Below are positions 18,956 through 27,091 of a stretch of 59,445 bases of DNA, one piece after another. The translations under genes were made by a program, and so were the position numbers. Location of the stretch: positions 1 to 59,445 of the IMG/VR virus record IMGVR_UViG_3300017727_000011; one strand, written 5' to 3'. The stretch comes from a virus. Its lineage: Duplodnaviria > Caudoviricetes. The notes under the pieces were generated by a model, which was not told the origin of the DNA, did no database searches, and worked only from the letters and a program-made list of their open reading frames with translations. Each line of letters begins with the position of its first letter. The first letter of the stretch is position 1.

Positions 18956-19335
18956 GTATTTATATATCCATTTCGTTTAAGATTGCCTCGTGAGTCACGT
19001 CTCATGAAACTTACCTTATATATTTTTTTATATTTATTTAAGTACCTTTTCAAGTCTTTACATAGGTACAAAACTTTGCCGTAGGGGGCTGCCATATGGA
19101 ACACTTCGGTTTTTTCTTGGCTAGGGACCCACGTTGCATAGGCAAAAGGTTTATTATCTCTTGTCCAAAGGAGATAGTTTCCCTGAACAATACTTTTAAG
19201 ATAGTGGTCTATAAGATGTTCTACCTCCATAAACTTCATGTAATTACTGTCGTAGTTGATACGAACCATGCAACCAAGAGCTTCATAAGGATTTAAATCA
19301 AATCTTCTTTTGATCATTGATCTTAGTATATGCAA
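18892..19335 (-). CDS. HlyC/RtxC-like (toxin-activating) acyltransferase homologue
   Basis: ALG...S....L...I..GNYLL...NKPFAYATW...APYG...L pattern; shorter than HlyC and lacking the canonical SxxH. Confidence 0.55.
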   Translation of the reverse strand: MHILRSMIKRRFDLNPYEALGCMVRINYDSNYMKFMEVEHLIDHYLKSIVQGNYLLWTRDNKPFAYATWVPSQEKTEVFHMAAPYGKVLYLCKDLKRYLNKYKKIYKVSFMRRDSRGNLKRNGYINTWDQKQEKVQGTQRDKQTPLS

Positions 19336-19587
19336 ATGATTTGGGATGTAAATGTTTGTGTGAATTAGGGCTATAGGGGTATGTAAAATTTTTCGTGGGC
19401 CGATTTTTGGTGGTGGGGGTTGCTTAAAAAAAGGTTTGGATTTTCTAGGCTCAAGGGACCCGCAGCTGCTGCCCCTGGTTCATGTGTCCAGATACACGCC
19501 TCAGGGCTAATTAAAAAAAATGCCTGGAGGTGAAAAAAATAGCATTTATTGCCGACTAAATTTTAGAGGTTTTTGGGAGAAGATTAT

Positions 19588-19669
19588 GGGGCCAGAGCTC
19601 TAGCCCCAAGTAAAGTTAAAAGATTAATAAAGATATTAGGATGAAGATCAGGGCTTTAATACCCTGATC
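19588..19669. other. Two inverted repeats in the long intergenic region
   Basis: tggggc..agctct..gcccca and gatcaggg-ctttaata-ccctgatc. Confidence 0.7.
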
Positions 19670-19688
19670 CTTGGATCGTGCCTCACGC

Positions 19689-20171
19689 TTATTGTTGCTG
19701 GCCATATAAGGCTTCTGGTAACCCTTTTATATAAGCAAGAACTTTATTCTCGTGTTCGTCTACCTTCGCAGGATCACCTTTGATCTTCATAATTTCTGAG
19801 TAGTGATCCTTTTTGATTTTATTTATTTTTTGTTTACCAAGATACTTGTCTCGCTCCACGTCCCCAACAGGTCTGATGACTCGTCTAATCCAAATATCTC
19901 TAGAAGTAAATGGAGCATTGGTGCTTAAACCTTTAAACAATTCCCAATTAATAAAAGATTCCTGAGGCTTATTATCATCACTAATAGCATTAAGTATCTC
20001 TTCACGTTTTTTAATCTCAGGAATAGTTTCATCATTAATCACGCTTACTTGTAAACCCAATAATGTCATACAAATGTACGCTCCATAACATCTGAAAAAA
20101 CCATATAATGGTTGATGATATATTTTTAAAGCTTCATCAGATAATAAATGATCGTCAAAACATAATCCCAT
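19689..20171 (-). CDS. Hypothetical protein
   Basis: TAATG-coupled ORF. Confidence 0.65.
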   Translation of the reverse strand: MGLCFDDHLLSDEALKIYHQPLYGFFRCYGAYICMTLLGLQVSVINDETIPEIKKREEILNAISDDNKPQESFINWELFKGLSTNAPFTSRDIWIRRVIRPVGDVERDKYLGKQKINKIKKDHYSEIMKIKGDPAKVDEHENKVLAYIKGLPEALYGQQQ

Positions 20172-20527
20172 TATGCTTCTCCATTTCTAACTTTATAATT
20201 AACATCAGCCAAATTAACCTGAGCCGTGAAACGATCTAAGTTAAAATTCTTAATATGAGTTTTGCCGTAATGCTCAAGTCTTGAATATAAAAGATCAAAA
20301 GCATCAGGAACATTATCACCAAACATGGCACGAGCCTCGCCAACAATGTGAGCCAATCCGTCTTGTTCACACTCAGGACAATTACAATCATCACTATCAA
20401 GACAATCATATTCCTTGTTCCATTGATCTTTCATCTGTACTTCTTTGAAATCATTAATCGCAATAGATACCTCTTCTTGAGGCAAACCTAGTTCAACCAA
20501 TGCATTTTTTAATATTATATCTTGCAT
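20171..20527 (-). CDS. Acidic hypothetical protein with a Cys cluster
   Basis: DCLDSDDCNCPEC; GGGAGAATAAAA RBS. Confidence 0.7.
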   Translation of the reverse strand: MQDIILKNALVELGLPQEEVSIAINDFKEVQMKDQWNKEYDCLDSDDCNCPECEQDGLAHIVGEARAMFGDNVPDAFDLLYSRLEHYGKTHIKNFNLDRFTAQVNLADVNYKVRNGEA

Positions 20528-20554
20528 TTTTTATTCTCCCTTTTAATTGGGAGT

Positions 20555-20941
20555 TTATAACGATTTAAGAAAATTATCTAGTTTTTTATAGTCTTCGCTT
20601 CTTGGTTCAAGATGCATGAGGCACGGCTCAAGATCAAAGCCTATTTTTAAAAGGTCTTTTCCCTGATTTCCCCTGAAGAGTTTAAAGCTTCTTGCTTCAA
20701 GGCTCTCTACTATATAAAAATTAATGGGGTTATATTCAAAGTGCTTATAATTCCAAGATATTTGTAAAGGTGAGATATTAATTTTTTTCATCTTGCTACA
20801 TTTAAATTCAAGCCAAAAGGAACTATTTTTATAAAATCCGTAAATATCAGGAAGACCAAATTTTAAATATGTTTCTATTGCAAAAGTATTTGCACTAAGA
20901 TTTTTTATGATTTTAGATTTAAATTTATTTTCAGGTTTCAA
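20555..20941 (-). CDS. PD-(D/E)XK nuclease (VRR-NUC / Holliday junction resolvase-like)
   Basis: E..F, GLPD, FWLEFK, ISPLQISW. Confidence 0.75.
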   Translation of the reverse strand: MKPENKFKSKIIKNLSANTFAIETYLKFGLPDIYGFYKNSSFWLEFKCSKMKKINISPLQISWNYKHFEYNPINFYIVESLEARSFKLFRGNQGKDLLKIGFDLEPCLMHLEPRSEDYKKLDNFLKSL

Positions 20942-21549
20942 TGCAATTTATAAGAAATATTTTTTATTCTCTTATCCCAACAGGCAACACAATCGAGGCA
21001 TTTATTACCTTGTGAAGGGGCTTTGCAAATAAATCCAATTGGTTTTTTATCTTTATGGACTGTTGATGTATATTTTTGAGTTTTTAAAGGTTTTCCGTCA
21101 ATCTCTGGGCTTGAATACCTAATCATTAAATTTTTTGGAAGTTTGATTTTTCCACTTTCAACCATTTTATCTAATTTTACTTTAAACTTAATTTCTCTAG
21201 TTGCTAACCAATGATTACAATGAGGGGTATTTTTTGCAATCTCAACAATTTTTAATAAGGATTTAAAATGTGGTAAATCCCCACTATCAAACCACCTGAA
21301 AAGGCGTAGGCTTTGCAATTGGTAAGTCATGACATACACAAAATATTTAGCATTAAGATGATTTAAATTAGTTTTTTTTCCTTTTTTTACGCTTGAAAAA
21401 TTATAATTGCCCCTGAGTGCGTAGCATTTTGAACACGTTGTATTTTTTTTCTTGGCTAGTTTTTGCCCTGTTATACACTCACGAGCATCAAGACCAAAAG
21501 AAAAACAATTTAATTTTGACGTTTGACTTAATTTGATTAGTTGTTGCAT
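20938..21549 (-). CDS. GP88-like Cys-rich protein
   Basis: C..G..L......CSKCYA, FRWFDSGD, CKA....KCLDCVACW...ISYKLH. Confidence 0.75.
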   Translation of the reverse strand: MQQLIKLSQTSKLNCFSFGLDARECITGQKLAKKKNTTCSKCYALRGNYNFSSVKKGKKTNLNHLNAKYFVYVMTYQLQSLRLFRWFDSGDLPHFKSLLKIVEIAKNTPHCNHWLATREIKFKVKLDKMVESGKIKLPKNLMIRYSSPEIDGKPLKTQKYTSTVHKDKKPIGFICKAPSQGNKCLDCVACWDKRIKNISYKLH

Positions 21550-21574
21550 TTTATTCTCCCTAAATATTGGGATA

Positions 21575-22747
21575 TTATACCTTGGTTAAATCAAAAAGAT
21601 AAGCTTTTTTTCTACTCATTTTTTTAAAAAATTGTAAAAAATCCTCTTCAAATTGTACGAAGTTTTCACAAGGAAAAACAAATTTTGATTTGCTCCAATT
21701 AAAGATAAAAGGTCTTTTTAATTCTCTATCAGGATAGTTTTTTATTGATCGTACTTTATTGTTGAACTTTTCAAAAAGGTTAATCAATGTTTCAAACTTA
21801 CAAGCATCCTGACAATTAATTTTTTTAAATATTTCTGTATATTCTTTAAGAATACCTTTTGAATTATCTTTTTTTACTTCTTTTTTATTGGGCTTTTTCT
21901 TAGGTTTTATTTTGGGCTTTTCTTCGACTTCTTTATTTTCATCAGGTATTAAAAGTTTTGTATATTTATCAAAATATTTAAATATTCCTGACGCATTTTT
22001 TCCCAGACTTGTCATGTGTTCGCCCCTTGCTCTATCGTTTTGCACCACTTCTAAAAATATTTTTATGAAGTAATTTTTTAATTCTTGTAAACTTTTATGA
22101 TGTTTTGATTGAATAACTATTGGTGAAAAACTCCCACCAATGTTATATTCAAAATCAAAGACACCGACATATCTATCATTTATTAATGGAATATATTTTA
22201 TTTTAAAATCTACTTTCCATGTTTTTGGTATATCAAAAGATATTATTTCAGGGTTTATAATTGATAGTTCGTTATCATCTTTTTTATGATATTTTTCAGG
22301 TACTAAAAGCTCTATTAATCTTCTTTCTTCTTTTTGCCATTTCTCATAGTCGCTATTACTATTATCATATTCAAGGTTTGACGTGCTTTCTACTTTTGGA
22401 TCTATTATTGCGTCTTGGCTTTCCTCTTCTTCTTCCTCTTCCTCTTCTTCTTCTTCCTCTTCCTCTTCTTCTTTCTCTTCTTCTTCCTCTTCTTCAGCGA
22501 AATCTTTATAAACATTTGGATATTTTTTTCCTAATTGTTTATTTTCATATTCTTCAAGATTTTCTCTTTCTTCCTCGTTATCAGAATTAATTTTTTTAAA
22601 TAAATCTAAACTAGCTTGAGCAAGATTTTCTAAATCTGTGCTGATAGACTTAATTTCTTCTTTCAATTCAATAATGTCATCTTGGTTTTGACGTTGTATT
22701 TTTAAATATTTTACTTCCCTGATTACTTCTTGAATTGTTTTAGACAT
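21575..22747 (-). CDS. Hypothetical protein with poly-Glu tract
   Basis: Likely start MSKTIQ at 22747; E7-K-E17 tract. Confidence 0.7.
   Translation of the reverse strand: MSKTIQEVIREVKYLKIQRQNQDDIIELKEEIKSISTDLENLAQASLDLFKKINSDNEEERENLEEYENKQLGKKYPNVYKDFAEEEEEEEKEEEEEEEEEEEEEEEEESQDAIIDPKVESTSNLEYDNSNSDYEKWQKEERRLIELLVPEKYHKKDDNELSIINPEIISFDIPKTWKVDFKIKYIPLINDRYVGVFDFEYNIGGSFSPIVIQSKHHKSLQELKNYFIKIFLEVVQNDRARGEHMTSLGKNASGIFKYFDKYTKLLIPDENKEVEEKPKIKPKKKPNKKEVKKDNSKGILKEYTEIFKKINCQDACKFETLINLFEKFNNKVRSIKNYPDRELKRPFIFNWSKSKFVFPCENFVQFEEDFLQFFKKMSRKKAYLFDLTKV
22421..22495. repeat. (TTC/CTC)n trinucleotide run encoding poly-Glu
   Basis: 24 of 25 consecutive codons are GAA or GAG on the minus strand. 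Confidence 0.95.
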
Positions 22748-23342
22748 TTGCTTCCCACCTTTGAATTGCTTCATCCCAAAATTTCTTAGCCTCTATTTTA
22801 AAATAAGGTTCAAGCTGATTATTAAAAACATTTTTAATATTAGGATTATTGATTACATCCCACTCACTTCCGTCATGATATTTTTTAGTGCTTTGTTTAA
22901 TTTTAATAGAAATAGGATGTTTGCCATATCTATCCGTAAATTGATAATGAGGTTTACCAATTTTTATAATTTTCCATTTTACATAATCTCTTTTTCTAAA
23001 TGCATTACAAAAAACAAAATCACCAAGTTTAAAATTATTCTCAACAATAATTTGTTTTTCATCAAATCTATCAAATTCTCTAATAGGTTTTGAATAAGGT
23101 AATTCTTTAATATTTGGATTTTCTTTAAATGCTTTTTTATAAGCTTGTTCAAATAAAGTAAGGTCTAAAGCTTCTTCTAAATAAATCTTACCCATTACAT
23201 TGTTATTATTACTATCAACATATTTTGCAAAATAAGAAAATGGGCTTATTTTTTTGTAAATATCTAAGTAAACAACATCCATGCTAGGAACTTCTAACCA
23301 TGCGTTTTTTTGATCTGTGTATAAATTATAAGTTTTTTTCAT
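22740..23342 (-). CDS. Hypothetical early-region protein
   Basis: AGGGGAATAAAATG RBS; WLEV..ISPFSY..YLEE motif seen in phage early proteins. Confidence 0.7.
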   Translation of the reverse strand: MKKTYNLYTDQKNAWLEVPSMDVVYLDIYKKISPFSYFAKYVDSNNNNVMGKIYLEEALDLTLFEQAYKKAFKENPNIKELPYSKPIREFDRFDEKQIIVENNFKLGDFVFCNAFRKRDYVKWKIIKIGKPHYQFTDRYGKHPISIKIKQSTKKYHDGSEWDVINNPNIKNVFNNQLEPYFKIEAKKFWDEAIQRWEANV

Positions 23343-23402
23343 TTTATTCCCCTTTAATCTAGTATCCCAGAATAATAGGATACTAGAAAAAATTCAAGCT
23401 TT

Positions 23403-23657
23403 TTAATCAGATAAATCTCTAACTAAACTATAACAATCATGCTTTTCTAAAATATTAGCTACTTCAACTTGAGCGTCTTTTGATAAAGTTTCTTCTTGGA
23501 CTTCTTTTAATGCCATTATCCAATTATCGAGTTCTTGTAAGCAAAGGGTAAGATCAGCATGTTCTTTTACTATTAAATTCATAGCTGATTTATCGATAGG
23601 GGTTAATTCGATTTCATATCCTTCAGGCTTTCCATTTTCATTAATTATTGTTTTCAT
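23403..23657 (-). CDS. Hypothetical protein
   Basis: TAATG-coupled ORF. Confidence 0.65.
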   Translation of the reverse strand: MKTIINENGKPEGYEIELTPIDKSAMNLIVKEHADLTLCLQELDNWIMALKEVQEETLSKDAQVEVANILEKHDCYSLVRDLSD

Positions 23658-24538
23658 TATCTTAACTCCATTAATCCTTTAAGATCATCAACAAGTTCTG
23701 AAGATACAATAGAAAGAGATTTACCAATTTTTTCATTTAAAATTGTATGATTAAAATCGTTCCAAACTTTCTTAACATCATTAGTATCTTTACAAGTTTT
23801 TAAATACTCACGCATTTTTGTTAAATTTGTATAATGCTCTTCAAGAAGTTTTTTTACAGATAAATTTAAGTGTTCCTTTGTCTTCACATATTCTTTTAAG
23901 AAATTAAAATCCTTTTTTGTTTTAACCCTAAAATCTAACTTATGGCTACTTATATCTGGCACTTCAAAATAAAAAGGATTAGGAATTTTTTTATCATCAT
24001 AATAATACGAAAATACAACAGGGCAATTATTTCTAATCCATGTAGATACTTTATCACCCATATTACTATCGTTTCTTGGTTTTTGAAAACTATTAGGAAT
24101 ATTAGACGAAAAGACATTTAGACAAAAAGGATTTAAATCTTGTTGTAGTAATTCATCAAAATGCAATGCTACTGCCTGATCAGTTGATAAATTAAAATCC
24201 AAACATTTATCTGAATAATCAAAATGATAAGGCTTCATCACAGTTTTATTTCCAAGTGGATAGCTTTCCTTTTGTTCAACATCAAAAGTTGTTTTTGCAT
24301 AAAGATGACTTACTTTCGAAGTTGTTTTAAATTTTCTAAATGTTTCCAAATCAGAATGAGAGATTTGACCATACACCATATTGGTTGCTATTTGATATGC
24401 TTTAGTTCTATATGCTAAAAAATTACTAACTGCTACATCAAGTTTTTTTCTCATAGGTGTTTTTGTTTGTAAGACAATCTTAGACCATTCAGCTAAGATT
24501 TTATCTCTATGCTTGTTATTTATTTTAATTAAAGTCAT
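23657..24538 (-). CDS. Hypothetical protein
   Basis: 293 aa; AAGGAG RBS behind a sigma70-like promoter. Confidence 0.75.
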   Translation of the reverse strand: MTLIKINNKHRDKILAEWSKIVLQTKTPMRKKLDVAVSNFLAYRTKAYQIATNMVYGQISHSDLETFRKFKTTSKVSHLYAKTTFDVEQKESYPLGNKTVMKPYHFDYSDKCLDFNLSTDQAVALHFDELLQQDLNPFCLNVFSSNIPNSFQKPRNDSNMGDKVSTWIRNNCPVVFSYYYDDKKIPNPFYFEVPDISSHKLDFRVKTKKDFNFLKEYVKTKEHLNLSVKKLLEEHYTNLTKMREYLKTCKDTNDVKKVWNDFNHTILNEKIGKSLSIVSSELVDDLKGLMELR

Positions 24539-24562
24539 TTGATACTCCTTATCTTAATTAGT

Positions 24563-24598
24563 TGGGATATTATAACCAAAAAAATATCTAAAAGTCAA
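24563..24598 (-). promoter_or_regulatory. sigma70-like promoter with ATCCCA box
   Basis: TTGACT-18-TATAAT-ATCCCA. Confidence 0.7.
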
Positions 24599-24617
24599 TC
24601 TTGTAAATAAAGTTTTT

Positions 24618-25019
24618 AAAAAAATGAGGGAACGATTTACTATTAGGGGAATAAAAGTAAGGATAGGAATAAAAGTTATCAAACGCTCCCTCATTTCGTG
24701 ATCAAGGATTGTACTCTACTGCTCCGTCTACCAGCAGAATTTCGGATAAGCATACAACCCTAATGAAGAAAATCAGCTTACATATACCTCTGCCAAAATT
24801 CTTCACTTTCAATATGGCTTTGTTTATACCCACAAGGCTTGACTCCTTGGGACAGGAATAATTTAAACATTTTTCCCGTACTGAAACATGGTCTGGTGTT
24901 TCTTTTCTTGCCTGTACCATATAGAAACTTTTAGAAAGCGTAGGCAGTCCCATAGAGCAATCTATTGCCTGATCAATTACTTCAGGCTCAACTACTTTAG
25001 TCTGTTTTTCACTACGCAT
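24618..25019 (-). ncRNA. Candidate large structured non-coding RNA (family unknown)
   Basis: Own promoter, at least 9 stems, a possible pseudoknot, G-U pairs that work only on the minus strand, and a terminal hairpin plus U-run. Confidence 0.55.
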
Positions 25020-25025
25020 GATTAT

Positions 25026-25053
25026 AAGATAGTGAGATATATTAGGATGTCAA
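25026..25053 (-). promoter_or_regulatory. sigma70-like promoter for the candidate ncRNA
   Basis: TTGACA-16-TATCTT; spacer contains ATCCTA and ATCTCA; predicted start near 25019. Confidence 0.65.
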
Positions 25054-25064
25054 TACCCTAAAAT

Positions 25065-25096
25065 AAAAAAACCCCTGAAGTATTTATCAGGGGTTT
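25065..25096 (-). terminator. Intrinsic terminator
   Basis: AAACCCCTGA-loop-TCAGGGGTTT followed by a T-run. Confidence 0.8.
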
Positions 25097-25180
25097 ATGA
25101 GTGAAAGATCGTTATTTACTTTCTATTTCCAAAAAACAAAAAGTCAATTAGTTTTGCAAATTTTTCTATAAGCCAATTCA

Positions 25181-25378
25181 TTATCGTATCTCCTCTACTT
25201 CTTCAATTCTAAATTCTTCAATCTTTGATTTGTCAGCTTGTATTGATCTATCATTATTTTTATCAAAGTACATAGCTCCTTTATCTTCTATTTTTTTTCT
25301 AGCATCATCTTGTGTTTTTGCGTTTAATATAAAGGTTTTAGCATAAGCTTCATAAACTCTTACCTTATAAGTCGGCAT
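25181..25378 (-). CDS. Small hypothetical protein
   Basis: AGGAGAATAAAA RBS; YKVRV.E....I.A....A pattern common in phage early proteins. Confidence 0.7.
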   Translation of the reverse strand: MPTYKVRVYEAYAKTFILNAKTQDDARKKIEDKGAMYFDKNNDRSIQADKSKIEEFRIEEVEEIR

Positions 25379-25380
25379 TT

Positions 25381-25608
25381 TTATTCTCCTTTTAAAATTA
25401 GATTTGTTTGTAAATTTTCTAACTTACTCGCTATAGTGTCTGCAACATAAAATTCTACATCTGCGACTGTTTTGTTCATTACAAGGTCTTTAGTTTTATC
25501 AGCATTGTATTCATACAAAATTTCTTTTTTACTCGCCTCTGTAATTTGTTTTAATTGATCTTCCAATATTTTAGTAATTATGGAAAGTGATAGGTTATAA
25601 TTTTTCAT
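25381..25608 (-). CDS. Hypothetical protein
   Basis: Packed, co-oriented ORF. Confidence 0.65.
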   Translation of the reverse strand: MKNYNLSLSIITKILEDQLKQITEASKKEILYEYNADKTKDLVMNKTVADVEFYVADTIASKLENLQTNLILKGE

Positions 25609-25613
25609 TTTTA

Positions 25614-25889
25614 TTATCTCCTTACGGCAATATCAGGATTTTTCCTAATATAAGAAATTAACTTATCATAATATTTTATACATCTACGACCTGACGCAAT
25701 TATTTTTTGCTTATCTTCTAAAGAACTGTGATTATCTTTTTTAGCCCAATCTATAAAATCATATTTCATTTTTTTAAAATCCTCTAACATATCAATTCTT
25801 TGATTATGCCCTAAATAAGCTAGATCTTTAAATATCTTGCCTTGTCTTTTTAAGTAATGTGTATAAAAAATATTTTTTTTGTATTCCAT
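25614..25889 (-). CDS. Hypothetical protein
   Basis: Start MEYKK behind GAAGGAG. Confidence 0.65.
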   Translation of the reverse strand: MEYKKNIFYTHYLKRQGKIFKDLAYLGHNQRIDMLEDFKKMKYDFIDWAKKDNHSSLEDKQKIIASGRRCIKYYDKLISYIRKNPDIAVRR

Positions 25890-25890
25890 T

Positions 25891-26040
25891 TTATGTCTCT
25901 CCTTCTTTTTCATCAACAAGTTCTTCTAAAACTGTATAAGCCTCTCTAATATTTTCATCTTCTTCTGTATCAAGATAATTATTAGCTTTCCATAATTCAA
26001 AATTTTTATAAAAAACTTCTAATGCTTCTTTAGCTTTCAT
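25891..26040 (-). CDS. Small acidic protein (49 aa, not in ORF track)
   Basis: MKAKEALEVFYKNFELW...VDEKEGET; AGGAGG RBS. Confidence 0.65.
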   Translation of the reverse strand: MKAKEALEVFYKNFELWKANNYLDTEEDENIREAYTVLEELVDEKEGET

Positions 26041-26248
26041 AACTTAGTCCTCCTGGGCAAACTTTTTTTACTTGAAAATACCAATCTAAATATTGCTCAT
26101 AATATAATTTATTTAATATTTTTCGATCATAAGAATTACCTCTACAGTCATAAAGAGGTATGTTCCATTTTGTATTAAACTCATCATCAGTTTTAAGAAA
26201 ATGTTTGAAGGTTTTCCAAGCCTGTCTATCAATCTTTACTATCTTCAT
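26030..26248 (-). CDS. Hypothetical protein
   Basis: Packed, co-oriented ORF. Confidence 0.6.
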   Translation of the reverse strand: MKIVKIDRQAWKTFKHFLKTDDEFNTKWNIPLYDCRGNSYDRKILNKLYYEQYLDWYFQVKKVCPGGLSYES

Positions 26249-26459
26249 TTGTATCCCCCCAATCTATACCCACTTCACAAAAAGAAACTCCAAAAGGATA
26301 GTTATCTAAAAATGGTTTATAATTATTGATGTCATAACCCATGGCTTCATAGGTCTCTATCGCAGTCCTTAATCTTTCAAGTGCTTTGTTTACTTCTTGT
26401 ATTGTATTTAAAACGTTAAGCTCTTTTTCAAGTTTTAGTATATGTGTATGTAGTTCCAT
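26229..26459 (-). CDS. Hypothetical protein
   Basis: Start MELH behind GAAGGAGAG. Confidence 0.65.
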   Translation of the reverse strand: MELHTHILKLEKELNVLNTIQEVNKALERLRTAIETYEAMGYDINNYKPFLDNYPFGVSFCEVGIDWGDTNEDSKD

Positions 26460-26497
26460 TGTTCTCTCCTTCACTTGCCAAAGTGCAATTAAAAAAG

Positions 26498-26527
26498 AAT
26501 ATATTACAACTTATTGGGATTTGTCAA
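26498..26527 (-). promoter_or_regulatory. sigma70-like promoter with ATCCCA box
   Basis: TTGACA-18-TATATT, with ATCCCA in the spacer. Confidence 0.6.
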
Positions 26528-27026
26528 TATCTGATTGATCTTCAATTTCAGAATAATCTGCGTCTTGAATTAATTCATTTTCTTTTCTTAGATTTTCTAA
26601 TTTTTGTTGAAGTTCTTTTCTGGACATATTGTCAAGACTAGCAGTAACAACTTCTTTTCTTTCAACATAAAAACCACCTAAGAGGCCTCTTCTATATTCT
26701 GCATTAATCGCAGCGGAATATTGTTTTTCCTCAACTGCCATATCTCTTAATCTTGCCATTTCTCTGGCATGTTTTTGAAATTCAATTTTACTAGCTTTAG
26801 AATATTCTTTTGTAAGGGTATCAATAAAATCTACAACCTTAGGATACATTTTAGGATTTTGTAAATTACAAGCTATTTGGGTAGCTGAGTGCTCTGAGTA
26901 TCCAGCCATTTTCGCACATTCAGTGGGAGTAGCTCTGCCATTCTCTTGAACAAGGTATTGAGCAAAGGCTCTTTGTTTTCTAGTTAGACCTTCATCATCT
27001 TTTATATCACCAATTTGTTTTGACAT
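26511..27026 (-). CDS. terS: Terminase small subunit
   Basis: LTRKQRAFA...TECAKMAGYSEHSA helix-turn-helix motif; SAAINAEYRRG...YVERKE. Confidence 0.8.
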   Translation of the reverse strand: MSKQIGDIKDDEGLTRKQRAFAQYLVQENGRATPTECAKMAGYSEHSATQIACNLQNPKMYPKVVDFIDTLTKEYSKASKIEFQKHAREMARLRDMAVEEKQYSAAINAEYRRGLLGGFYVERKEVVTASLDNMSRKELQQKLENLRKENELIQDADYSEIEDQSDIDKSQ

Positions 27027-27091
27027 TAGCAATCACAATCCTCTTCTATATCAAGTCCACAAAGTGGACAGTAAATTATATCTTCTTCCAT
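27026..27091 (-). CDS. Cys-rich acidic micropeptide (21 aa, not in ORF track)
   Basis: MEEDIIYCPLCGLDIEEDCDC; TAATG-coupled to terS. Confidence 0.45.
   Translation of the reverse strand: MEEDIIYCPLCGLDIEEDCDC

Noticed and set aside
24702-25019. 105-aa ORF as a protein-coding gene
   Set aside because: No SD sequence, no recognisable motifs, and it coincides with dense RNA stems. Kept only as the leaderless-mRNA alternative to the ncRNA call.
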